Origin: an uncultured virus (IMG/VR IMGVR_UViG_3300008114_000018)
Taxonomy: Duplodnaviria; Heunggongvirae; Uroviricota; Caudoviricetes
Length of the DNA: 20,000 nt
Strand: one strand, 5' to 3'
IMG/VR virus record: IMGVR_UViG_3300008114_000018
Under the pieces are notes generated by a model that worked only from the letters and a program-made list of their open reading frames with translations, did not search any database and was not told the origin of the DNA. A program made the translations under genes and the position numbers. Shown here in pieces: positions 1 through 6,607 of this stretch (positions are counted from its first letter, which is position 1; each line of letters starts with the position of its first letter).

Positions 1-1
1 T

Positions 2-364
2 GACATTATGTATAAATTAGATATTGATGGTTATTGGCATAGTATGAATGCAGGAAAACTACATGTAGCCGCTAACTTTGGTGAGATACCAAGAGTACAA
101 TTAGTTGTAAGACAATTACTAAAACAACCTAAATATACATCAGATTTTGTTCAATTAAAAATAATTCCAGCTATAGAAAGATTTGATAGTAGGTACCAAT
201 TTGATAAAACAATTAGTCCATGGTTAAATCAACATATTAAGACAGGTGATATCAGCGATTTATCAGTAGAGAATGGAATCGTTAGTATGAAACTATTTGA
301 TGGTTTTCTGATTAAATTAAATGAAATTGTGAAACCTTATTTTAAGGTAGTTCTTTCCAACTAG
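2..364 (+). CDS. C-terminal part of a 2OG-Fe(II) oxygenase-like protein (Asp/Asn beta-hydroxylase-like DSBH) with a C-terminal extension; 5' truncated
   Basis: Frame is open from position 2 (GAC ATT ATG), so the gene likely starts upstream. 'LHVAANFGEIPRVQLVV' fits the distal His...N.G...R motif of DSBH oxygenases and resembles 'WHGSANFG' in 3039..3575. The HxD motif would lie outside the window. Confidence 0.6.
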   Translation, partial: DIMYKLDIDGYWHSMNAGKLHVAANFGEIPRVQLVVRQLLKQPKYTSDFVQLKIIPAIERFDSRYQFDKTISPWLNQHIKTGDISDLSVENGIVSMKLFDGFLIKLNEIVKPYFKVVLSN

Positions 365-911
365 GGTATTTACTTAAACTCTCGTAAAACTTGTCAGGGA
401 ATATCTGCCATACAGTCTGATCTATTCCCCTATAGAATACATCTTTGACTTTCTTAGCGATACCCATTTCTTGCAAAGTAGGAAAGTAAACTTTATGTAC
501 TAAACTTTGTTTACCTACTTTACTATCATTACTTGTAGCATATAACCTGTCCGTATCAGCCCACTCAATACACTGTGGCATATAATACTGATCTGTAACA
601 TGTTGATGCGTTTGTATTCTTTTATAAGGACTTATTAATCCTTTTTCCAATGCTGTAATCTCAGGAAACACACAAACTCTACTTAGTATCCTATAACTAC
701 CATCGCCCATAACATCGTCAAATGTATGTGCTGCTACTGATCCAACTGCTTTATCATCTTGATATAGTACCCAAACATTCCATCGTTCTTCTTTGCGGAA
801 GCAATCAACCATAACATGTTGACTGCTATTGTTTAGAAAGCCTTTACTTTCAGCAGTTCTATAAAAATCATTAAGATTGAGCTTAGGATCCCATTCTACA
901 AGTTTAAGCAT
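342..911 (-). CDS. GNAT-fold (acyltransferase-like) hypothetical protein
   Basis: 189 aa; 'WNVWVLYQDDKAVGSVAAH...YRILSRVCVFPE' follows the GNAT beta2-beta4 pattern; no clear R/QxxGxG acetyl-CoA loop. Start overlaps the stop of the upstream kinase-like gene. Confidence 0.45.
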   Translation of the reverse strand: MLKLVEWDPKLNLNDFYRTAESKGFLNNSSQHVMVDCFRKEERWNVWVLYQDDKAVGSVAAHTFDDVMGDGSYRILSRVCVFPEITALEKGLISPYKRIQTHQHVTDQYYMPQCIEWADTDRLYATSNDSKVGKQSLVHKVYFPTLQEMGIAKKVKDVFYRGIDQTVWQIFPDKFYESLSKYPSWKELP

Positions 912-1593
912 ATATCTCTTTAGCCTTGTTTATAAAATCTATAGGATAGTTGTTACTAAAACTATCAAAGCATAATATCTGTGCTTTTTGTAGGGGTGTA
1001 GGTTCGTCCCAACTTATACCTTTACTTTCACTGTATTTTTGTAACTCTAGTCTACGGTTACTACTAATATGACTTAGTACATCACTTATCTTTATTGTTT
1101 CTTCATCACCGCTGTATGTGAAAAAATAATTGATGCTTTTTAATTTACCATCAACAATAAAGTAACTACTAGGATGCATACTAAATTTATATAAGTTTAA
1201 ACTTCTGTGTGCTTTGATTATCTCTAGCATTTGTTCTTGCCAGTCGGGTAATATATTATTATAGTTTTCTTCCAAACAGCCTGATTGTTCCCAAAAATCA
1301 TCACCATCTACTTCTAAGTAAATCTTCTTATTAATTAAATCTATTTCTCTAATATTAGGAACTAAATCAGGAAACTCTTTACTCATAAGATAAATGTATT
1401 GTAGTTCTCTATCCCACTTCTCTTGCATCTTTTCGGGATCAACGACTTCATTCATACCCTTATGATAGTCTGTATCATTGTGATACCATTTTACAAATGT
1501 TTTCTTGTCATCAGACATTAAACTTGTATAGATTAAATTATTTCTGCACTGACCAATACCAGGCACATTATTGTAATAGTAAGAATAGCTCAT
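904..1593 (-). CDS. Protein-kinase-like fold protein with degenerate catalytic motifs (pseudokinase-like)
   Basis: 229 aa with ordered kinase landmarks: 'TFVKWY' (beta3 Lys), 'WDRELQY' (alphaC Glu), 'VPNIREID...KIYLEV', 'LYKFSMHPSSYFI' (catalytic-loop position), 'KSINYFF' (DFG position). Paralogous to 3572..4195. Confidence 0.6.
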   Translation of the reverse strand: MSYSYYYNNVPGIGQCRNNLIYTSLMSDDKKTFVKWYHNDTDYHKGMNEVVDPEKMQEKWDRELQYIYLMSKEFPDLVPNIREIDLINKKIYLEVDGDDFWEQSGCLEENYNNILPDWQEQMLEIIKAHRSLNLYKFSMHPSSYFIVDGKLKSINYFFTYSGDEETIKISDVLSHISSNRRLELQKYSESKGISWDEPTPLQKAQILCFDSFSNNYPIDFINKAKEIYA

Positions 1594-1606
1594 ATAAATA
1601 CTTATA
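1593..1606. promoter_or_regulatory. Overlapping divergent T4-late-type promoter boxes: TATAAATA (+, 1593-1600) and TATAAGTA (-, 1606-1599)
   Basis: Exact T4 late consensus TATAAATA upstream of the + strand ORF at 1630, and a one-mismatch box on the - strand ending 5 nt before the ATG at 1593. The region is AT-rich, so chance is possible. Confidence 0.5.
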
Positions 1607-1629
1607 ATTCAAAATAGGGAACCAAAAAA

Positions 1630-2439
1630 ATGATCAGAGGTATCGGTGGCAGACCATATGTAAACTTAGATGAATTTATTGATATTGAAAAATTTAAAAG
1701 TTTACATCCAGAAATAATGCATGGATTTGCTACAGCAAGACAATTCGCTAAAGAAGGCACTTGGATGAAGCCAGGCTTTGATACTGCAAAAGGCAGTTAT
1801 CAATATTTTTGGAAACCTATTTACAAAGCAGTTGAAGAATATCTAGCATTACCCGATGACGATCCAATTAAAGTAGGTGGTTGGGATTTATATACAAGCA
1901 TTAAAGATCATCATACTAGAAATATATTCACACGATATTTAAAAATGGCAATGGGTGCATATGACCCATACATTTATTATTTCTTATGGGAAGAAGGTAG
2001 TTGGGACGATAGAACTGCACCTAGAAAATTAACAGAAGAAGCTGTACACTTTCCTAATGTTGTGCAATGGATTGAAAGCATGGTAGGAACAGTCTTTGAA
2101 GATGTGGGTAGAGTTATTTTCTTTCATTGTGAAGCAGATGGCATACCTTTTGAACACAGAGACCTAGATGCCAAGAACGGCGTTATGGATGAAAACATGT
2201 ATAGCCCACATAGAAATGAATTCATACATCTAAGAGCAAACACAAAGAAAGGATTCTATGTATGGGATCCTGATGCTAAAAACAAATATTTCTTAAACTG
2301 TCACGCAGCTTGGTGGAACGACCAAGACTGGCATGGTGGCGAAAGAATAATGGAACAGAGTTATAGTTTACGAATAGACGGAAAGTTTACTGAGGATTTT
2401 AGAAAACAGATTGGTGTTGATCACTTAGAATACTATTGA
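1630..2439 (+). CDS. 2OG-Fe(II) oxygenase-like protein (DSBH)
   Basis: 269 aa; 'GRVIFF...PFEHRD' (HxD), 'WWNDQDWHGG' (distal His), 'SYSLRIDG' (basic 2OG-binding position). Confidence 0.65.
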   Translation: MIRGIGGRPYVNLDEFIDIEKFKSLHPEIMHGFATARQFAKEGTWMKPGFDTAKGSYQYFWKPIYKAVEEYLALPDDDPIKVGGWDLYTSIKDHHTRNIFTRYLKMAMGAYDPYIYYFLWEEGSWDDRTAPRKLTEEAVHFPNVVQWIESMVGTVFEDVGRVIFFHCEADGIPFEHRDLDAKNGVMDENMYSPHRNEFIHLRANTKKGFYVWDPDAKNKYFLNCHAAWWNDQDWHGGERIMEQSYSLRIDGKFTEDFRKQIGVDHLEYY

Positions 2440-3042
2440 TTTAGCTTCTTCTAACACTGTTTCTATTTTGTCGCTACCTGTAATTCTTTTTATTTCATTG
2501 ATTGTTTTTTCAGTTAATTTAACTTTGTATTCAATCTGATGAATTTTAGGGTGTTGTAGCCAAAATTCAATACTATCTATAATATCTTTGTAGGTAATGC
2601 TGTAATCACTATCAATTCTAGCAGGACTATGATCACTGAGTGTTGATTCAGCAAATGCTATTTTTAATAGCAAGATATTAGCGATTCGTTCATCATCAAT
2701 TATACCAATTTTTCTACTAGTTTCTTCTAATTCTAATTTATTAATTATATTTTTTCTACCTAATACTTCTTCATAATCTGTAACAGCACTGCCCATAACA
2801 ACAATATTAGGTGTAATAGTTGATGCCTTAATTAATAAATCTATTTGACTTGATAAGCCATCAAATGCGTTATTGATGAATAAATCTGCTGTCATTACAT
2901 GATCTAATATTTTATCAATATCAGCTTTTATATCGTAGCCGTTACTACGTGATAATCCTATTACTTCATGTCCGACATTCTCAAAATAATCGTAACATGC
3001 TTTACCTATACCCTTTGTGTGTCCTGTAATTACTATTTTCAT
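2425..3042 (-). CDS. Short-chain dehydrogenase/reductase (SDR)-like protein, atypical active site
   Basis: 'KIVITGHTKGIGKA' (TGxxxGxG), 'GLSRS', 'LFINNA', 'VVMGS'; the YxxxK position reads NIINK. Confidence 0.8.
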   Translation of the reverse strand: MKIVITGHTKGIGKACYDYFENVGHEVIGLSRSNGYDIKADIDKILDHVMTADLFINNAFDGLSSQIDLLIKASTITPNIVVMGSAVTDYEEVLGRKNIINKLELEETSRKIGIIDDERIANILLLKIAFAESTLSDHSPARIDSDYSITYKDIIDSIEFWLQHPKIHQIEYKVKLTEKTINEIKRITGSDKIETVLEEAKSIVF

Positions 3043-3575
3043 TCGTATGCCAAATAATTAAATTGATATTTTACTGTGTATCCGAAGTTAGCACTACCAT
3101 GCCAATCTTTGTAACTATGCCAACGATACACATCCCCTTGTTGCCCACCTACTATGGCATAGTTACTGACTACTGCAACTTGCCCAGTTCCATCTTTGTT
3201 GATTCTTGCTGTATATCTCACTAATGAGCCTTTGTTTTCATACTCATCCGCAAAATCATCTATGTCCCAATGCCATGGTGCAGTACAACCAGGATTGATT
3301 CTGCTTATCCATGCTCTTGCATAATTAGTATTACCTACAAACTCTCCAAATAGCTTATCTATATTTGAATCATAATCTTTGTTTGGATAGTAATTAATCC
3401 ACTCTGCACTTTCTTTTAGATAGTTACTGTCGATTGATAGTTGTTTAATTTTTATAAACTCAGGGTGATCCCAATCCCAACGTGGTAGTGCAACACCTGG
3501 TTTGTTTTCTATACTGTTGATGACTTCATCCCAGTTGATTATATTACTACAATTTCCTATGTGGGTTGGACTCAT
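3039..3575 (-). CDS. 2OG-Fe(II) oxygenase (Asp/Asn beta-hydroxylase-like)
   Basis: 178 aa; 'WISRINPGCTAPWHWD' (HxD) and 'WHGSANFGYTVKY' (distal His, Lys at the Arg position). ATGA overlaps with both neighbours. Confidence 0.75.
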   Translation of the reverse strand: MSPTHIGNCSNIINWDEVINSIENKPGVALPRWDWDHPEFIKIKQLSIDSNYLKESAEWINYYPNKDYDSNIDKLFGEFVGNTNYARAWISRINPGCTAPWHWDIDDFADEYENKGSLVRYTARINKDGTGQVAVVSNYAIVGGQQGDVYRWHSYKDWHGSANFGYTVKYQFNYLAYE

Positions 3576-4195
3576 AGAATTTCAGTAAGCATAACACCCC
3601 ATTCAGTGATATGCTTTTTAACGCCTTGTTCGTAAAACACAGTAAGGTCTACATTGTCACCGAATGTACTTTCAAGCCAACGGTCTTGACTTTTTTGACC
3701 TATTACATGTTTCAATATATGCACGGGGACAGTTGCTTGCGCTTTGTCAACGCAAGCATACATATCAAAGGTATGTAATGTATTATCTTTGATATAAAAA
3801 CTATGCGGTTGTATAGTAAGTTTAATAAAATTATTTGATTCTAAATCTTGTATAATTTGTTTTAATTGTGATTTCCAATCTATACAATGATCTTCTAAAG
3901 CACGATTGGTAAACAATACATTGTTACAAGATTCTGTAAATTCTATAAAAATTTTCTTAGTTGAAGTATCAACATGTTTAACTACTGGTGCCCAAGAATA
4001 ATTTTTAAATTGCTCTAAGTATTTTAATTCACGATCCCAATAAAATGAATTATCAAAATCTATTCTAGCATTTCCGTAATCCATGCATAATGTGCCACTA
4101 TCTTTATCTAACAATGGCACATATACATGATTAGTATAACTGGGTACATCAAAATCTAATCTAAAAACTTCTTCCCAATTATCTGTGTTATACAT
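3572..4195 (-). CDS. Protein-kinase-like fold protein with degenerate catalytic motifs (pseudokinase-like)
   Basis: 207 aa; 'WDRELKYL...WAPVVKHVD...KKIFIEF...DWKSQLKQII...FIKLTIQPHSFYI...LHTFDMY' aligns motif by motif with 904..1593. Confidence 0.6.
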   Translation of the reverse strand: MYNTDNWEEVFRLDFDVPSYTNHVYVPLLDKDSGTLCMDYGNARIDFDNSFYWDRELKYLEQFKNYSWAPVVKHVDTSTKKIFIEFTESCNNVLFTNRALEDHCIDWKSQLKQIIQDLESNNFIKLTIQPHSFYIKDNTLHTFDMYACVDKAQATVPVHILKHVIGQKSQDRWLESTFGDNVDLTVFYEQGVKKHITEWGVMLTEIL

Positions 4196-4317
4196 TATTT
4201 CTCCGTTTTAGAAATCATTGCTCTGATTTTTGTTTCAAGCATTTTAGCCCAAAATGGTTGTGGGAAGTTCCAACCTATAAATGCTCCTACTAATATCCAT
4301 AAAAGTGTATCTAACAT
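4195..4317 (-). CDS. 40-aa small membrane protein (not in ORF track)
   Basis: Manual translation MLDTLLWILVGAFIGWNFPQPFWAKMLETKIRAMISKTEK*; AAGGAG Shine-Dalgarno upstream; TAATG stop/start overlap with the next gene; fills the gap exactly. Confidence 0.85.
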   Translation of the reverse strand: MLDTLLWILVGAFIGWNFPQPFWAKMLETKIRAMISKTEK

Positions 4318-4328
4318 AATATAGCTCC

Positions 4329-4712
4329 TTATTGTAAGTTATGTTTTTGTTTATAATCGTTCACTGCTGCTTTGATAGCATCCTCCGCCAGTATTGAACA
4401 GTGAATTTTGACTGGCGGTAAAGCCAACTCCTCTGCAATTTCCGTGTTCTTAATTTCTGTAGCTTCCGTAAGTGTTTTGCCTTTAAGCCATGTCGTGACC
4501 AACGACGAACTAGCAATCGCCGAACCACACCCATAGGTTTTGAATTTTGCATCGGTGATAGTTTCATTTTCTACCTTTATCTGAAGTTGTAGGACGTCTC
4601 CGCAAGCCGGGGCTCCAACTAAGCCTGTTCCTACACTAGGATCATTTTTATCTAACTTACCTACATTTCTAGGATTTTCATAATGATCTAATACTTGACC
4701 TGAATATGCCAT
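4329..4712 (-). CDS. iscU: Fe-S cluster scaffold protein IscU
   Basis: 'DHYENPRNVG', 'GAPACGDV', 'FKTYGCGSAIASSS', 'LPPVKIHCS': three Cys ligands, conserved Asp and the HscA-binding LPPVK motif. Confidence 0.97.
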   Translation of the reverse strand: MAYSGQVLDHYENPRNVGKLDKNDPSVGTGLVGAPACGDVLQLQIKVENETITDAKFKTYGCGSAIASSSLVTTWLKGKTLTEATEIKNTEIAEELALPPVKIHCSILAEDAIKAAVNDYKQKHNLQ

Positions 4713-5231
4713 TTAAAACGTTCCTTCCTTTGTTTCTACAACTAACCAACCTAATTTAAATAAATCTTCTTTTACTTCATCAGTGACTTCACCTTCACCA
4801 ACATAATGTTTAGTTAAGTCACCATCATCGTGACGTATGCCACTACAGTACCAATCCATGTAATCACCTTCTCCAGTAAGGTCAGCGACAATGCCGCCTG
4901 CATAACGCCAACTGCAAGTCCATACTTCATCTTTTAAAATAGGCATAACATCATTGCGTTGGAACTCATTATTGCATAATGCTGCGTAAATATTTTGTGC
5001 GTAGGCTCTATTTTTGCATTTTTCTACGATAAGTTCACTACTACGCAAATCGTATTCTAAGTTATTCTTTTGCCATTCTGGATCATTCTCTAAAGCCATT
5101 TTATCTGCTTCAAAGTTAATGTAAAAGTCTGCTAGTTTTTCCTTCATATCATCTTCATAGGTATCAGGAATTCTAGCAATTCTATTTTGTAGAGTTTGCT
5201 CTCTGTGTTTACTTATAGCTAACTTCTTCAT
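4713..5231 (-). CDS. Hypothetical protein with Trp/Cys motifs
   Basis: 172 aa, abuts iscU; motif-like 'YAALCNN', 'WTCSWRYAGG', 'GDYMDWYCSG'. Function not recognised. Confidence 0.7.
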   Translation of the reverse strand: MKKLAISKHREQTLQNRIARIPDTYEDDMKEKLADFYINFEADKMALENDPEWQKNNLEYDLRSSELIVEKCKNRAYAQNIYAALCNNEFQRNDVMPILKDEVWTCSWRYAGGIVADLTGEGDYMDWYCSGIRHDDGDLTKHYVGEGEVTDEVKEDLFKLGWLVVETKEGTF

Positions 5232-5646
5232 TGTTGACTTCTATCCAAGTATGATCACCTAAATATTGCACCTGTGTTATATACTCATAACTATCAGGTA
5301 CCCCTGTTGTCCAATCATTCGGTCCCATTGGTATAAGAATATTTTTCTGTATCTTGTTATCAAATGCTAACCAATATGTTTTACCGTGAAACAATTGAAA
5401 TTTATATTCCGCAGCATGTACCATATCGGTTATATCAAGTCTGCGCTTTAACTGCTCTGCTTGTTTTTGTAATACAGTAACAAGCTCCATAATTCTGTTG
5501 TATTCTTGCTGAGCATACATTCTTGCTGTATTCAGCATTAAATCTTTTTGTTGTTTTACTGGGACAAGCTCAAACTTCGGAGCCCCAATATCCATAGGAT
5601 ATGTTAGGCTATGATGTTTATCGGGGTCCGAAGGTTTTAGTCTCAT
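5209..5646 (-). CDS. DUF2452-like protein
   Basis: 'SLTYPMDIGAPKF...QQEYNRIMELVTVLQKQAEQLKRR...AEYKF...GKTYWL...PNDW...LGDHTW' matches my recollection of DUF2452. Start moved from 5700 to the ATG at 5646, which forms an ATGA overlap with the upstream gene. Confidence 0.7.
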   Translation of the reverse strand: MRLKPSDPDKHHSLTYPMDIGAPKFELVPVKQQKDLMLNTARMYAQQEYNRIMELVTVLQKQAEQLKRRLDITDMVHAAEYKFQLFHGKTYWLAFDNKIQKNILIPMGPNDWTTGVPDSYEYITQVQYLGDHTWIEVNNEEVSYK

Positions 5647-5882
5647 TGTCTGTAACAAATAACGTGAAGTATTCCGCCTAGTGAAACAAAGGCTACCCAC
5701 GTATTTAGTGTGTATGGTATAGCAAGACTTGGGAACAATGTGTTAATTGCCCAAATGCCTACTATTGGACTAAGAATAAAAAAGCCCAATATTAATAACA
5801 TAGTAACTACAGTGCCCAAAAGCGGACCAAACATTGCTCTTGTTCTTACTGCGTTTCTTTTCATACTAATACCTTTAAGCAT
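5643..5882 (-). CDS. Small membrane protein (about 2 TM segments)
   Basis: Hydrophobic stretches 'LLGTVVTMLLILGFFILSPIVGIWAI' and 'WVAFVSLGGIL'; overlaps both neighbours. Start could be 5882 or 5864. Confidence 0.7.
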   Translation of the reverse strand: MLKGISMKRNAVRTRAMFGPLLGTVVTMLLILGFFILSPIVGIWAINTLFPSLAIPYTLNTWVAFVSLGGILHVICYRQ

Positions 5883-6534
5883 CTTTCACCCCCTTTACTT
5901 GATTAGGTTTTTTACTACGATGTTTTTCGTAGAAAATATGGTTTCCAATTTTCACTACCTTTCTATAAGGCCACATCGGATTTACCCATAAATTATGAAA
6001 GAATAAAACTGTGCTTGGCACTACGTCTTTATATGAATCATATGCTAGTACATTATATGCAATTCTTTCACTTTGTTTGTATCTTGGATCGTTGACATTC
6101 AATGGTCTTCTATCACTTTCACATACCCAACTAAATTGGCACAATTTTACCTTTTTATGACCTTCATCATCAATATATGGATCATCGTCCACTGGCATTA
6201 ACTTTGTGCTAACTTGATAAACCACTGAGCAAGGATTAGCTGCGAATCCATGTGCTACACGATTCATTACTACCCTAGCAACTGCTTGTTTGCCCTTTTC
6301 AGACTCACTGCCTGCTTCATAAAAAATATTTGTAGCCAAACATTTTAGTTGCTTTGCATCAACATATTTTGGTTTAACCGGTACTTGTACGACCTCTTCT
6401 TCTTCAGCAAGAATTTCAGGAATAACAAGCAACGTTTCTCTATTAATAATTAAAAACATACCCAAAAATAAGACGCCGAGGGTAGTTAAAAACTTCTTAA
6501 TACTAATAATACGTAGGTTTGGTAGGTAACTCAT
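5875..6534 (-). CDS. SleB/CwlJ-like cell wall hydrolase (Hydrolase_2) with N-terminal membrane anchor
   Basis: 'CLATNIFYEAGSE...AVARVVMNRV...CSVVYQ...CQFSW...FFHN...NPMW...IGNHIFY' with catalytic Glu; TM segment 'FLTTLGVLFLGMFLII'. Start set at 6534 because AAAGGAG directly precedes it. Confidence 0.9.
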   Translation of the reverse strand: MSYLPNLRIISIKKFLTTLGVLFLGMFLIINRETLLVIPEILAEEEEVVQVPVKPKYVDAKQLKCLATNIFYEAGSESEKGKQAVARVVMNRVAHGFAANPCSVVYQVSTKLMPVDDDPYIDDEGHKKVKLCQFSWVCESDRRPLNVNDPRYKQSERIAYNVLAYDSYKDVVPSTVLFFHNLWVNPMWPYRKVVKIGNHIFYEKHRSKKPNQVKGVKDA

Positions 6535-6553
6535 AAATCTCCTTTCCACCCAT

Positions 6554-6582
6554 AGTATACACTACAAGCTTAAAAAAAACAA
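6554..6582 (-). promoter_or_regulatory. sigma70-type promoter TTGTTT-N17-TATACT
   Basis: -35 at 6582-6577, 17-nt spacer, -10 at 6559-6554, in an intergenic gap just upstream of the hydrolase SD. Confidence 0.65.
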
Positions 6583-6607
6583 GAATTTTGGATATAACTT
6601 AACTAAG

